Positions 16,707 to 26,984 of a DNA stretch of 64,000 bases are shown here, in pieces. This DNA is from an archaeon (GTDB taxonomy: Archaea; Nanobdellota; Nanobdellia; Pacearchaeales; GW2011-AR1). Numbering within the stretch: the first letter of the stretch is position 1; every line of letters begins with the position of its first letter. The notes under the pieces are model-generated. The model had not been told where the DNA came from and made no database searches. It saw nothing but the letters and a program-made list of their open reading frames with translations. The DNA is taken from positions 32,481 to 96,480 of the forward strand of contig DAOVXQ010000003.1 in assembly GCA_030636025.1 (NCBI GenBank), read 5' to 3'. A program made the translations under genes and the position numbers.

Positions 16707-17255
16707 ATGATAACCCCGATTGAAGTCAAACCAAAAGAATACAAATCTACTTGGGACCCAGAAATTTCCCTGCACACTAAAGAATTAAATTCCGGAGTGG
16801 GTATTGCATTAGTTGAAGACATTCTCTGTGAGAACAAAATACAAAGAAAAAGGTCATTAGCCCATGTTTATTATGACGGAAAAAAAGATTTTGATTTAAA
16901 AACTGCAGACAGGACATTAGAAGGACTCTTTTCTGGATTTCACAACCCATTAATTTATATCGCTTACAATAGATTTAATGTCTCTGAATTAGATCATTTC
17001 GTTAATCCTATGTTTGACCATATTAACAACTGGATTCATAACAATGGCGGAACAATCAAAGATTTTGACGATACCTATGAAGGAAAAAGAAAAATTAGCG
17101 GGCGAATAGTCAATATCTCAATTCAATGGAAAGAACTTACCTTATTAAATAACTCTGTAAGAATAGTATACAGAGATTCAAACAAAGTAATTCTTAATCC
17201 AGAACCCCAAGGATATAAACAAATAAATATCCCAGACAAAATAAATAATCTCTAA
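16707..17255 (+). CDS. Hypothetical protein
   Basis: 182-aa ORF with no recognised motif. Confidence 0.45.
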   Translation: MITPIEVKPKEYKSTWDPEISLHTKELNSGVGIALVEDILCENKIQRKRSLAHVYYDGKKDFDLKTADRTLEGLFSGFHNPLIYIAYNRFNVSELDHFVNPMFDHINNWIHNNGGTIKDFDDTYEGKRKISGRIVNISIQWKELTLLNNSVRIVYRDSNKVILNPEPQGYKQINIPDKINNL

Positions 17256-17318
17256 TTATTAAGTCAACCCTTCCAAATATTTAAATAGTTGTTTAGTTTA
17301 ATTTTAAAAAAGAGGAAA

Positions 17319-17903
17319 ATGGTATGGCTAGAAGTTGAAACAAAAGTTAGAATTAATAATGTTAGTAAACTAAGAGAGAAAATTAAAAAAATAGCCAAAC
17401 TTGAAAAAAAAGAATCTCGTTCTGACGATTATTTTGCATTGCATAGAAAATTCCGAAGACACGGCTACCCAAAAAAAGCATTTAGAATAAGGCACAAACC
17501 AAATAAACACGAAATTAATTTCAAAAAAAGATTATACAAATACTGGGACGATTACATTGTTGTAAAAAAAGAATACGAATTTGAAACAAAAAACCCAGAC
17601 GAATTTTTAGCATTAATGTTTGACTTGGGTTTTGTCCAATGGATAAAAAAATTCAAAACTTCTGAATCCTACACACATAAAAAAGATAAACGAATTATAA
17701 TTGAAATTAATAAAGTCAGGCACCTTGGCTATTTTATGGAAATAGAATACCTTTGCAAACAAAATGAAATGAAAAAAGCAAAAAAGAAAATCAGGGATGT
17801 TTTAAAAGAATTAGAAATAAAAAAAGAAGATGTCGATAATGTCGGTTATACAAAAAGACTTTGGGATAAAGGAATTAAAGATAAAAAACATTGGGTGGAT
17901 TGA
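17319..17903 (+). CDS. CYTH-domain protein (CyaB-like class IV adenylyl cyclase / triphosphatase)
   Basis: MVWLEVETKVRI carries the ExExK signature at the N-terminus. The size and beta-rich basic sequence fit a triphosphate tunnel enzyme. Confidence 0.65.
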   Translation: MVWLEVETKVRINNVSKLREKIKKIAKLEKKESRSDDYFALHRKFRRHGYPKKAFRIRHKPNKHEINFKKRLYKYWDDYIVVKKEYEFETKNPDEFLALMFDLGFVQWIKKFKTSESYTHKKDKRIIIEINKVRHLGYFMEIEYLCKQNEMKKAKKKIRDVLKELEIKKEDVDNVGYTKRLWDKGIKDKKHWVD

Positions 17904-17979
17904 AATAATTCATCAAAGATATGCGGGAACTACTGTTCTTCAAAGCGTTTAATATTTTAAGATATAATAATAAAATAAA

Positions 17980-19899
17980 ATGACAAAATACATAACAAAA
18001 AAAAGTGGCAAGTATTGGCCAAGCAAAGAAATGAAAAAAATTGCATGGGTTAACGACGATAAAATCTACAAACAGGCAGATAAAAATCCAGTTAAATTCT
18101 GGGAAAAATTAGCTAAAGAAGGTTTGGTTTGGAAAAAGCAATGGGATAAAGCTTATGTAGAAAAACTACCTTATTTCCAATGGTTTAAGGGTGGAAAATT
18201 AAATTTTTGCGTTAATTGTTTAGACCGGCATCTTGGAAAAGATAAAACTGCTTTGATTTGGATTCCAGAACCTGTAAAAGAAAAACCAGTTAAATTAAGC
18301 TATGGAGAATTGCACGAAAAAGTCTGCAAGTTTGCAAATGTTTTGAAAAAACTAGGGGTCAAGAAAAAAGATGTCGTGGCAATTTACCTCCCGATGATTC
18401 CAGAAACCTTGATTACAATGTTGGCTTGCACAAGAATCGGGGCAATTCATTCAGTTGTCTTCAGCGCCTTTTCTTCAGATGCATTAAAAGCAAGAATTCA
18501 GGACGGAAAAGCAAAAGTTCTTATCACCTCTGAGGGATATTACCGACGAGGGAAAAAAGAATTATTGTTAAAGAAAGCAAAAAAAGCAGTGACAGGAACA
18601 AGTGTAAAAAAAATTATTGTAGTCAGCAGATTTGGAAAAAAAGTTTCTGGAACTAAGTATCTTGATTTCCAGAAAGAATTAGAAAAAGCAGATTCATATT
18701 GCAAACCAGAAATAATAAACTCAGAAGATACAATGTTTATACTTTATACTTCTGGAACAACAGGAAAACCCAAGGGGATTGTCCACGATACAGGCGGGTA
18801 TGCAACTCAGGCATACTGGACAGCAAAATGGAATTTCAACTTGCACGAAAATGACATCATGTGGTGCACTGCCGACGTCGGATGGATTACAGGACACACT
18901 TATGCCTTTTATGGCCCATTATTAAATGGGGCAACAACATTAATTTTTGAAGGAAGCCCAGATTTCCCAAATCCTGGAAGATGGTGGGACATCATTGACA
19001 AAAATAAAGTTACCGTATTTTACACAGCTCCGACAGCAATTAGAATGTTTATGAAATTTGGAGATAGGTGGGTGAAAAAATACAAGTTTAGCAGTTTGAA
19101 AATCTTAGGAACTGTTGGAGAGCCAATTGATGAAGATGCATGGGACTGGTATTTTAAAAAAATCGGAAAATCAAGATGTCCGATTATTGACACTTGGTGG
19201 CAGACAGAAACAGGGGGCACTTTAATAAATGCCCTGCCGGGGATTGGACCCTTTATCCCAACTGTTGCTGGAAAATGTTTCCCTGGAACAAAACACATTG
19301 TTGTTGATAAAAATGGAAAGAAAGTTAAAACAGGTAAAACAGGAAATTTAGTTCAATGCTCGCCCTTTGCTCCAGGAATGCTTCACGGAGTTTACAAAAA
19401 TCATAAAAAATATATAGAAACTTACTGGAAAAGATTTAAAAAATATTATGATACCAGCGACGGGGCTTACATAGATAAACAAAATCAGATAAGAATAACT
19501 GGAAGAACAGATGATGTTATGAAAGTCGCCGGGCACCGGCTTGCAACTGCTGAGCTGGAAAATGCAATAAATGAAAGTAAAATCGTAAGCGAATCAGCAG
19601 TAGTCCCAGTCCCTCACAAAATTAAAGGAGAAGTCCCAATCGCATTTATTGTTTTAAAAAAACACAACCCTTCCGAAGCACTTGAGAAACAATTAAAAAA
19701 ACAAGTGGATAAATCAATCGGACCAACTGCCCGCCCGTCAAAAATTTATTTTGTTAAACAATTACCTAAAACTCGTTCAGGAAAAATTATGAGGCGAATT
19801 TTAAAAGCATTATTGGTTGGCGAAGAACCTAAAGGTTTAATGACACTGGTTAATCCGAAATCTGTTGAAGAGATAAAAGAAATAATCTCCAAAAAATAG
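17980..19899 (+). CDS. acs: Acetyl-CoA synthetase (AMP-forming)
   Basis: 639 aa with YTSGTTGKPKG, DVGWITGH, GEPI and the C-terminal KTRSGKIMRR. Confidence 0.95.
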   Translation: MTKYITKKSGKYWPSKEMKKIAWVNDDKIYKQADKNPVKFWEKLAKEGLVWKKQWDKAYVEKLPYFQWFKGGKLNFCVNCLDRHLGKDKTALIWIPEPVKEKPVKLSYGELHEKVCKFANVLKKLGVKKKDVVAIYLPMIPETLITMLACTRIGAIHSVVFSAFSSDALKARIQDGKAKVLITSEGYYRRGKKELLLKKAKKAVTGTSVKKIIVVSRFGKKVSGTKYLDFQKELEKADSYCKPEIINSEDTMFILYTSGTTGKPKGIVHDTGGYATQAYWTAKWNFNLHENDIMWCTADVGWITGHTYAFYGPLLNGATTLIFEGSPDFPNPGRWWDIIDKNKVTVFYTAPTAIRMFMKFGDRWVKKYKFSSLKILGTVGEPIDEDAWDWYFKKIGKSRCPIIDTWWQTETGGTLINALPGIGPFIPTVAGKCFPGTKHIVVDKNGKKVKTGKTGNLVQCSPFAPGMLHGVYKNHKKYIETYWKRFKKYYDTSDGAYIDKQNQIRITGRTDDVMKVAGHRLATAELENAINESKIVSESAVVPVPHKIKGEVPIAFIVLKKHNPSEALEKQLKKQVDKSIGPTARPSKIYFVKQLPKTRSGKIMRRILKALLVGEEPKGLMTLVNPKSVEEIKEIISKK

Positions 19900-19947
19900 A
19901 GTTTTTACTATAACAATTATTATAAATCTAATATTAATATATTAACT

Positions 19948-20319
19948 ATGGACCCCCCAAAGTATTTTGTTTTAACTCCTGATAAAAAAGAGATTGATTG
20001 GTTAATCTTAAAAGTGGATACTAATGCTAAATTAGAAGAGAGATTAAGTGAAATAAGTTGTGTTAATTATAATGTTGGTATTATTTATTATGATGGAAGA
20101 AAAGGTTGGGATAAAGGGGTTGCACATTATGAAATCCCTCTTGACCCGTGGAATAGAATTATTTTAGGTATAGATAAAGAAAGAAACCTTAAGCTTTTAC
20201 AAGACCCAAAAGAAGATTTTGAGGTTACAATAAAAGAAATAAATGATATAAGGGCTGAAGCATTAAGAGAATATAAAGACCCGGTCTTATTAGCAATAGG
20301 ATATATTGCTTGTAGTTAA
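19948..20319 (+). CDS. Hypothetical protein
   Basis: 123-aa ORF. Confidence 0.4.
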   Translation: MDPPKYFVLTPDKKEIDWLILKVDTNAKLEERLSEISCVNYNVGIIYYDGRKGWDKGVAHYEIPLDPWNRIILGIDKERNLKLLQDPKEDFEVTIKEINDIRAEALREYKDPVLLAIGYIACS

Positions 20320-20361
20320 TTTCTCAAAAACATTTAAATATCTATTTTATCTTAATATAAA

Positions 20362-21879
20362 ATGAGGATTAATATTTTAATCGGCGGAAAAGCAGGGCAG
20401 GGAATCAACAAAATTTCTGAAATAGTTTCGCAAGTTTTAGTTTCTCAGGGGTATTTCACATTTAATTATCGGGATTACCCTTCGCTTATCCGGGGCGGAC
20501 ATAATTTTAACATTCTTTCGGTTTCTGACAAAAGAGTTGGAAGTTATGAAACTAAATTAGATATAATTATTGCAATGGATGAAAATACTATTGAAAAACA
20601 CAAATTAGAATTAAAAAAACAAGGAGTGATTGTTGGGCATAAGACCTTGGAGGATTTGGGAAGAAACTTAAATGTTGCCCTCGCAGGTTGCCTGATTAAA
20701 ATTTTAGGAATAAATAAAGAATCATTAATTGATGAAGTGCAAAAACAATTTAACAGTAAAGAAAGTAATTCTGCAGCTGAAAAAGGATTTGAATCTCAGA
20801 AGCAAAAGTTTGATTTGAAAAAATTAAATAATAAAATTTCAATTATGGCTGGTTCGCAGGCAGTTGCACAAGGTGCTGTGAATTCCAGAATTGATTTATA
20901 TTTGGCATACCCAATGACTCCAGCGACAGGAGTCATGCACGAGTTGGCTTCAAACCAGATTGAAAATAAATTAATGGTATTTCAACCAGAAAATGAAATT
21001 ACTGTTGTAAATGCAGGATTAGGAGCGTCATTTGCAGGAGCAAAAGTCATGGTCGGAACCTCTGGCGGAGGCTATGATTTAATGACAGAAGGTTTAAGTT
21101 TGCAAGGAATGTCTGAAATCCCATTGGTAGTTTATTTGGCCTCAAGACCAGGCCCTGCAACAGGAGTCCCAACTTATTCAACTCAGGCAGATTTAGATGT
21201 TGCTTTACGAGGAGGACACGGGGAATTCCCGCGAGTCGTAATTGCACCAGGAGACCCAATCGAATGCATTGAAAAAACAAACGAAGCATTTTACCTCGCT
21301 GAAAAATTTGGAACATTGTCAATTGTTTTAAGCGACAAACATTTAGCAGAATCTGAATTTAGTTCAGATAGAAAACCAAAAAAACCACTAAAAGTTGAAA
21401 TTAAAAGAAAATTACTCGGAGAAGGAATTATCAAAACTTCTTCTTATGAACATGATGTCGTCGGGAACACAACTGAAAATGCAAAATTAACACAAGAAAA
21501 TGCAGATGCCAGAGTTGCAAAATATGAAAACATTAAAAAAGAATGCTCTAAATTTGAGATGATTAAAATTTATGGAAAAAAGAATTCAAAAAATTTGATT
21601 ATCGGATGGGGAAGCACAAAGACAGTTATTTTAGATGCAATTGAAAATTTGGATTATAAATTTTTGCAGGTTTTGTATGTAAAACCATTATCAAATGAGA
21701 TTAAAAAAGAAATCCAAAAAGCAGATAAAGTTATTTTAGTTGAGCAAAATGTTACAGGACAATTAGGAAGATTAATCAGAGAAAAAACAGGAATAAAAAT
21801 CAAGAACAGAATTTTAAAATACGACGGAAGACCTTTTGCAAGTGATGAATTAAAAAGAGGGATTGAAAAAATAAAATGA
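20362..21879 (+). CDS. 2-oxoacid:ferredoxin oxidoreductase, fused gamma-alpha subunit
   Basis: N-terminus MRINILIGGKAGQGI is gamma-like, followed by an alpha-like YPMTPAT core. There is a 4-nt overlap with the beta gene. Confidence 0.85.
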   Translation: MRINILIGGKAGQGINKISEIVSQVLVSQGYFTFNYRDYPSLIRGGHNFNILSVSDKRVGSYETKLDIIIAMDENTIEKHKLELKKQGVIVGHKTLEDLGRNLNVALAGCLIKILGINKESLIDEVQKQFNSKESNSAAEKGFESQKQKFDLKKLNNKISIMAGSQAVAQGAVNSRIDLYLAYPMTPATGVMHELASNQIENKLMVFQPENEITVVNAGLGASFAGAKVMVGTSGGGYDLMTEGLSLQGMSEIPLVVYLASRPGPATGVPTYSTQADLDVALRGGHGEFPRVVIAPGDPIECIEKTNEAFYLAEKFGTLSIVLSDKHLAESEFSSDRKPKKPLKVEIKRKLLGEGIIKTSSYEHDVVGNTTENAKLTQENADARVAKYENIKKECSKFEMIKIYGKKNSKNLIIGWGSTKTVILDAIENLDYKFLQVLYVKPLSNEIKKEIQKADKVILVEQNVTGQLGRLIREKTGIKIKNRILKYDGRPFASDELKRGIEKIK

Positions 21880-22703
21880 CAATCAATTTAAAAACAAACC
21901 AACAAAATACTTGGTGTCCAGGATGTCCAAACTTTATGATACTTGAAAGTGTGAAACAAACAATTACAAAATTAATTAACAAAGGTGCAAAACAAGAGGA
22001 TTTCGCAATGGTCACAGATATTGGATGTCATGCAAAAATATTTGATTACATAAATATAAGTGGAATTTATGGATTGCACGGAAGAGCCCTGCCAACAGCA
22101 TTTGGAATAACACTCGGAAACCCAAATTTAAAAGTCCTGGCATTCATGGGTGACGGTGCAGTGTATTCAGAAGGAATAGCCCATTTCATTCATGCAGGAA
22201 GATTAAATTCAAACATGACTTTAATTATCCACGACAACCAGAGCTTTTCTTTAACAACAGGACAAAACACCCCTGTTTCTCAGCAAGGATACAAAAGCAA
22301 GGCATACCCTTTAGGAGAATTCAACAAACCAATGAACCCAATTAAACTCGCCCTGGCATCAAACATAAATTTCATCGCAAGATGCAATGCAAAAGACATT
22401 AAACACACAGCAGAAATTTTACAAAAAGCAATAGAACACAAAGGATTCTCATTTGTAGAAATTATTCAGGACTGTTTAATATTTAATAAAGAAGCAAATA
22501 ATAAAGATTCATTAATGTATAAAATCCAAGACAATAAAAACAAATTAAAAGCAGAAAAATTAGCAGACGAATGGGATTATAATGATAGAAAGGGCAAAAT
22601 TGCCCTCGGCGTTTTATATTGTGAGGAAAAACCGATGTTGAGCGAGGAATGGCCTCAATTAAAAAACTTAATAAAAAAGAAAGTTGGTTGGAAAAATAAA
22701 TAG
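21876..22703 (+). CDS. 2-oxoacid:ferredoxin oxidoreductase, beta (TPP-binding) subunit
   Basis: WCPGCPNF near the N-terminus and a GDGA...S TPP-binding motif. Confidence 0.85.
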   Translation: MTINLKTNQQNTWCPGCPNFMILESVKQTITKLINKGAKQEDFAMVTDIGCHAKIFDYINISGIYGLHGRALPTAFGITLGNPNLKVLAFMGDGAVYSEGIAHFIHAGRLNSNMTLIIHDNQSFSLTTGQNTPVSQQGYKSKAYPLGEFNKPMNPIKLALASNINFIARCNAKDIKHTAEILQKAIEHKGFSFVEIIQDCLIFNKEANNKDSLMYKIQDNKNKLKAEKLADEWDYNDRKGKIALGVLYCEEKPMLSEEWPQLKNLIKKKVGWKNK

Positions 22704-22712
22704 AGATTTAAA

Positions 22713-23570
22713 ATGGGTGATAAAAATAATATTCTTAAAATAGAGTCACAGTTGCAACAGGGGGTTAAGATGGTTGCAATGATTGCACCAAGTTTTGTCG
22801 TGGATTTCCAATACCCCTCGATAATAAATAAATTATGTAAACTTGGGTTTGATAAATCTGTTGAATTGACTTTTGGTGCAAAAATGATTAATCGAGAGTA
22901 TCATAAAAAATTAAAAAAAGCAAAAGAATTAGTTATTGCTACTGCCTGTCCGGGAATTGTAAATAGTATAAAAAACAAATACCCGCAATATGTAAAAAAT
23001 TTGATTTTAGTTGATAGTCCCGTGGTTGCAATGGGAAAAATTTGCAGAAGAGAATACCCTAAACATAAATTAGTTTTTATTTCTCCTTGTGATTTTAAAA
23101 AAACAGAAATAGAAAATTCAGAATATATTGATTATGTTATTGATTATGAACAATTAAAAGAATTATTCAAAAAAAATAAAATCGTAAAAAATAACTGCCC
23201 GATTTTATTTAATAAATTCTATAATGATTATACTAAAATTTATCCTCTCGCAGGAGGGTTAGGGAAAACCGCGAATTTAAAAGGAATTCTCAAACAAGAA
23301 GAGATTCTTGCTTTAGACGGAATTAAAAAAGTGTTTAAATTTTTAGATAATCCAAATCCAAAAATAAAATTTTTAGATGTTTTATTTTGTGTTGGGGGAT
23401 GTATTGGAGGACCAAAAACAACTAAAAAATTAACAATTCCTCAAAAAAGAAAAAAGGTTTTAGATTATTTAAAAAAAGCAAAAGATGAAGACATCCCTGA
23501 AGATAGGAAAGGCCTGATTGAAAAAGCAAAAGGGATTAAGTTTAGTGGTAAGTGTTGGTTTAGTAAGTAA
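22713..23570 (+). CDS. Minimal [FeFe]-hydrogenase large-subunit-like protein (H-domain only)
   Basis: 285 aa. MIAPSF, ATACPG (versus TSCCP), ISPCDFKKTE (versus MPCxxKKxE) and FCVGGCIGGP (versus MACxGGCxxGGG). No ferredoxin-like N-terminal domain. Confidence 0.6.
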   Translation: MGDKNNILKIESQLQQGVKMVAMIAPSFVVDFQYPSIINKLCKLGFDKSVELTFGAKMINREYHKKLKKAKELVIATACPGIVNSIKNKYPQYVKNLILVDSPVVAMGKICRREYPKHKLVFISPCDFKKTEIENSEYIDYVIDYEQLKELFKKNKIVKNNCPILFNKFYNDYTKIYPLAGGLGKTANLKGILKQEEILALDGIKKVFKFLDNPNPKIKFLDVLFCVGGCIGGPKTTKKLTIPQKRKKVLDYLKKAKDEDIPEDRKGLIEKAKGIKFSGKCWFSK

Positions 23571-23609
23571 TTTAATAAATAACCAATAATTTTGTATAAA
23601 ATAATATGG

Positions 23610-23709
23610 ATTAAACTTTCGTAACTTAAGTTTTGCAGACAAGTGATTAAGAAGAATAAGATATAAATAAAAAAGAAATTTTTGGTTAGTGAAACTCCAA
23701 AAATTTTAT
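23610..23709 (+). repeat. Dispersed intergenic repeat, copy 2
   Basis: ATTAAACTTTCGTAACTTAAG...GCAGACAAGTGATTAAGAAGAATAAGATATAAATAAAAAAGAAATTTTTGGTTAGTGAAACTCCAAAAATTTTAT. Confidence 0.8.
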
Positions 23710-23788
23710 AGGATATTTCAGAACTATTCTTCCCATAATAAATCTCCCCCACAATAATCCTTATAAACTATTTTAATTCAAATAAATT

Positions 23789-24259
23789 ATGGATTTAACT
23801 AAACTTCCCGAATCCCCAATATATACCCATAAATCTGAAGACCTGATTTTAAAACAAATAGTTAGACAAACTTCTTTTTTAGGAGAATTAGAAAAAAGAA
23901 TATGCAGAACTTTAGATATAACAAAACCTTGGCAGCACGAATTAAGCTATCCTGATGAAACTAATTTTGAGAATGCAAAAAAGGTTGAAACAGGAAATTT
24001 AACATTTGCAAAAGAAAATTCTTCTTTTTCTGGAACAAGATTAAAAAATATTAGAGATACGCTAAAATCTGTTTATGAGGGGAAAGGATTTATAATTAAA
24101 GGAAAAGATATTGAAAAAGAAAAAACCCCTGAAGGATTATCTGTTCCTAAAGATTATTATCAAAATACAGTTTTAATTGTAGAAAAAGGAAACCAAAAAT
24201 ATCAAATTAATATTTGGCAGGGAGGCGAATATATCATTCATATAACAGATGACATTTAA
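23789..24259 (+). CDS. Hypothetical protein
   Basis: 156-aa ORF downstream of repeat copy 2. Confidence 0.4.
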   Translation: MDLTKLPESPIYTHKSEDLILKQIVRQTSFLGELEKRICRTLDITKPWQHELSYPDETNFENAKKVETGNLTFAKENSSFSGTRLKNIRDTLKSVYEGKGFIIKGKDIEKEKTPEGLSVPKDYYQNTVLIVEKGNQKYQINIWQGGEYIIHITDDI

Positions 24260-24749
24260 AGAAATTCACAAAACAATAACAGAATCAAAAGTATTCCAAA
24301 ACTTTAAACAAGAATACCCTTCTGCAGAACTTATTATCGGATTTTTCATTATAGATTTTATAAGTAATGATACTCAGAAAGCGTTAGATTATAAAACAGA
24401 TAGTAAAATATTTACATTTTCCTTAAATGAAAATAATGAAATAACTTTAAAAGAAGATAAATTAATTGAAACTCCTGATAAACCAGATTTGGAAGAAATC
24501 TCAGGAGATATAAAAATTGATTTAGATGAAATTCAATCTATGGCAGAAAAATCTGCTGTTGAAAATAATATTAAAAGCAAATTTCACAAAATAATTGCTG
24601 TTTTGCAAAAAAATGAAAACAAACAAATCTGGAATTTGACTTGTATGTTAGACGAATTAATTATTTTACATATTTTAATAGATGCAAACACAGGAGAAAC
24701 CATTAAGTTTGAAAAAAAGAGCATGATGGATTTTGTGAAGAAACGATAG
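24249..24749 (+). CDS. Hypothetical protein
   Basis: 166-aa ORF overlapping the upstream gene by 11 nt. Confidence 0.4.
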   Translation: MTFKEIHKTITESKVFQNFKQEYPSAELIIGFFIIDFISNDTQKALDYKTDSKIFTFSLNENNEITLKEDKLIETPDKPDLEEISGDIKIDLDEIQSMAEKSAVENNIKSKFHKIIAVLQKNENKQIWNLTCMLDELIILHILIDANTGETIKFEKKSMMDFVKKR

Positions 24750-24765
24750 CCATTTAGAAAATTAT

Positions 24766-25011
24766 TTATTCATAAACATTTTTTCTATGTTCAAATCTTA
24801 AAAAAATAAGAACTCCTTCACGAAAAGTATAAATTATTCTATAATGTTTAACATAAATAGTTCTCTCACCCTTCAAATCATATTTTAAAGGCTTACCAAT
24901 TTCAGAGTTATCTATAATTTTTTTAACTTGTTTAATTAATTTTTGTTTAATAAAAGAATCAACCTTTTTCACATCTTTTTCAAATTTTTCAGTATAAATG
25001 GTTCTTACCAT
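24766..25011 (-). CDS. RelE/ParE-family toxin
   Basis: 81 aa. FEKDVKKV...IGKPLKYDLKGERTIYVKHYRIIYTF...ILIFLRFEHRKNVY is the typical RelE/ParE pattern. It overlaps the antitoxin gene by 7 nt. Confidence 0.75.
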   Translation of the reverse strand: MVRTIYTEKFEKDVKKVDSFIKQKLIKQVKKIIDNSEIGKPLKYDLKGERTIYVKHYRIIYTFREGVLIFLRFEHRKNVYE

Positions 25012-25265
25012 TTTTTTAATTCTTTTAAAAAATCATCACTTTCCATTTCTTTAAACCTGCCTTCTTCAATATCTTTCCAAGCTTCTTCAACCCTCTTTAT
25101 AGTTTTAATATCTTCTTCAAGAATAACATTATCAATTTTTTTTAAAATAATCAAATCATTATCTTTAATTGTAGCAAATACACTGCCTTCTTTCAAACCT
25201 AAACTCTCACGAATTCCTATAGGCAAAACAATTTGTCCCTTGCTACTCATTTTCGTAATTTCCAT
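25005..25265 (-). CDS. AbrB/MazE/SpoVT-family antitoxin
   Basis: SSKGQIVLPIGIRESLGLKEGSVF is the swapped-hairpin AbrB motif. Confidence 0.8.
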   Translation of the reverse strand: MEITKMSSKGQIVLPIGIRESLGLKEGSVFATIKDNDLIILKKIDNVILEEDIKTIKRVEEAWKDIEEGRFKEMESDDFLKELKKW

Positions 25266-25455
25266 AACCTAGTAAGAATTTCTTACTATATAAATATTTC
25301 TAAAAGATTTAAAATAAAAATTTTGAGATAAAAACACCAAAATTTAAGAAACATCAGAATCATCCCCAACCTCCTTATTTTTATCAGTTATAAAAAATCA
25401 ACCCAATATTTAAAAACAACCCCTTCCTATTATTCTCATAAAAAGGAGAAACAAT

Positions 25456-26937
25456 ATGTCAGACATAGATAAATTAATTCAGGAAATTAGTCCACATTAT
25501 AAAAAGAAAAAAGAACCCTCTTCAGAACACAAATTAGTCTATGACTCGACAACAGAAACATTAGAGCCGATTTATTTTTGGATTTTGGATTTTATGAACG
25601 GAATGTTCCGCGGAGATGTAACTAAAGTTATTGACAATTTCGCGTCGTCACCTGGCTCAGGACATTTCGGGGAAATCGGGCAAAAAGCTTCTGTAATGCA
25701 ACAACAAGCAATGAACATAATGGGGCAAGTCAACACAGTCCTAAAATCAGTTATAAATCTAATTTATGATTTAAAAGAATTCCAAATAAGATTAAAAAAT
25801 TATGAAGATGCAAACTCCGACGACAAATCAAAAGCAGAATACGGGAATTTAACATTAAAACAAATCTGGATGGACCAAGTAGATATAAAAAGAGGGCAAG
25901 GAAGCATAAATGGCTTGGCCTCAGGAAACCTGCAGTTCATAACCTTAAGGGATGCATTCATGGCAATTAAATCTCCTGAAGATGTAGACAAAAAAGATGT
26001 AGATTTAAATGAAAGAGTAAAAAGAATTTTAAAACCGCGACTTGCTGAATTCATTGAATGGAAAAAAAGAAGCGGGCAGGAATTAACAAAAAGATTTGAA
26101 ATTGAAAGAAGCTATTTGAAAAGCCAGGTCAACACTTTAAAATTATACGCAAGATGGGCAAAGCCATATTTAAAAGCAACTCAGCAATTAGAATCAAACG
26201 AAAAATTAGGAGAAAATCCTGCATTGGTCAATATCTTTAATACATTAATGTTAGAACTGACAATCTTAGGAAAATCATCTGTAAATGTAAAAGAAGCAGT
26301 TATTACAAAAGACCTGCCAAAAGATTTCGCAAAAATAAAAAAATTAAGAAAATATTATTCAATAGTTGTGATTGATTTTAATTTCAGAGGAATCCCAAGC
26401 AAGGCGGGACAGCATTATGTTTTCGGGGGCAGAGCAGAAGTAACATTCAAATCATATACATTAAACGAAGACGAGCTAACACTATTAAAAGACAAATTAG
26501 ACAAATCAGATTTAGAAGATTCACTAAAACTAATTCAGGGAATGACAGACGAATCACTAATGCAATTAAATCAAGACATAGAAGATTTTTTAGACTCTGA
26601 AAAAAAAGCAGAAAAAGAAAAAGCAAAATTTGAAGAGGAGGATACAAATCCTTTTTCTGCATTGTTCTCTGGTTTAAAATGGAAAAAGAAGGAAAAACCA
26701 AAAGAAGAAGACAAAAGTGCAGAGAAATTGAAACAATTAAAAGAAAGAGGAATCAAGAAAGATAATTATTCTGAAGAATATATTCGGAGCATGGCAGAGG
26801 CAGGGGCAATAAATTCTTGTTTTAGTATTTTTGATATTTATAAAAAGGCCCATGGAATGGCTGCGTTCCCTTATGCAGAGGAAGCTGAAACAAAAGCGCC
26901 TCAGACAGAAGCAGAGAAATGGTTTGGGTTTAAGTGA
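25456..26937 (+). CDS. Large hypothetical protein (first gene of a + strand cluster)
   Basis: 493-aa ORF preceded by AAAAGGAG. K/E-rich C-terminal third. No motif recognised. Confidence 0.5.
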   Translation: MSDIDKLIQEISPHYKKKKEPSSEHKLVYDSTTETLEPIYFWILDFMNGMFRGDVTKVIDNFASSPGSGHFGEIGQKASVMQQQAMNIMGQVNTVLKSVINLIYDLKEFQIRLKNYEDANSDDKSKAEYGNLTLKQIWMDQVDIKRGQGSINGLASGNLQFITLRDAFMAIKSPEDVDKKDVDLNERVKRILKPRLAEFIEWKKRSGQELTKRFEIERSYLKSQVNTLKLYARWAKPYLKATQQLESNEKLGENPALVNIFNTLMLELTILGKSSVNVKEAVITKDLPKDFAKIKKLRKYYSIVVIDFNFRGIPSKAGQHYVFGGRAEVTFKSYTLNEDELTLLKDKLDKSDLEDSLKLIQGMTDESLMQLNQDIEDFLDSEKKAEKEKAKFEEEDTNPFSALFSGLKWKKKEKPKEEDKSAEKLKQLKERGIKKDNYSEEYIRSMAEAGAINSCFSIFDIYKKAHGMAAFPYAEEAETKAPQTEAEKWFGFK

Positions 26938-26984
26938 AAAGAAGGAGTAAATTACATATATCTTCACAAAATAACTTATTTCAT

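Noticed and set aside
15381-16775. Track ORFs 15381..15587 (-), 16011..16238 (+) and 16566..16775 (-).
   Set aside because: They overlap tRNA-Ser fragments, promoters and trailers, or sit in an alternative frame of a longer ORF. No coding signal is seen.
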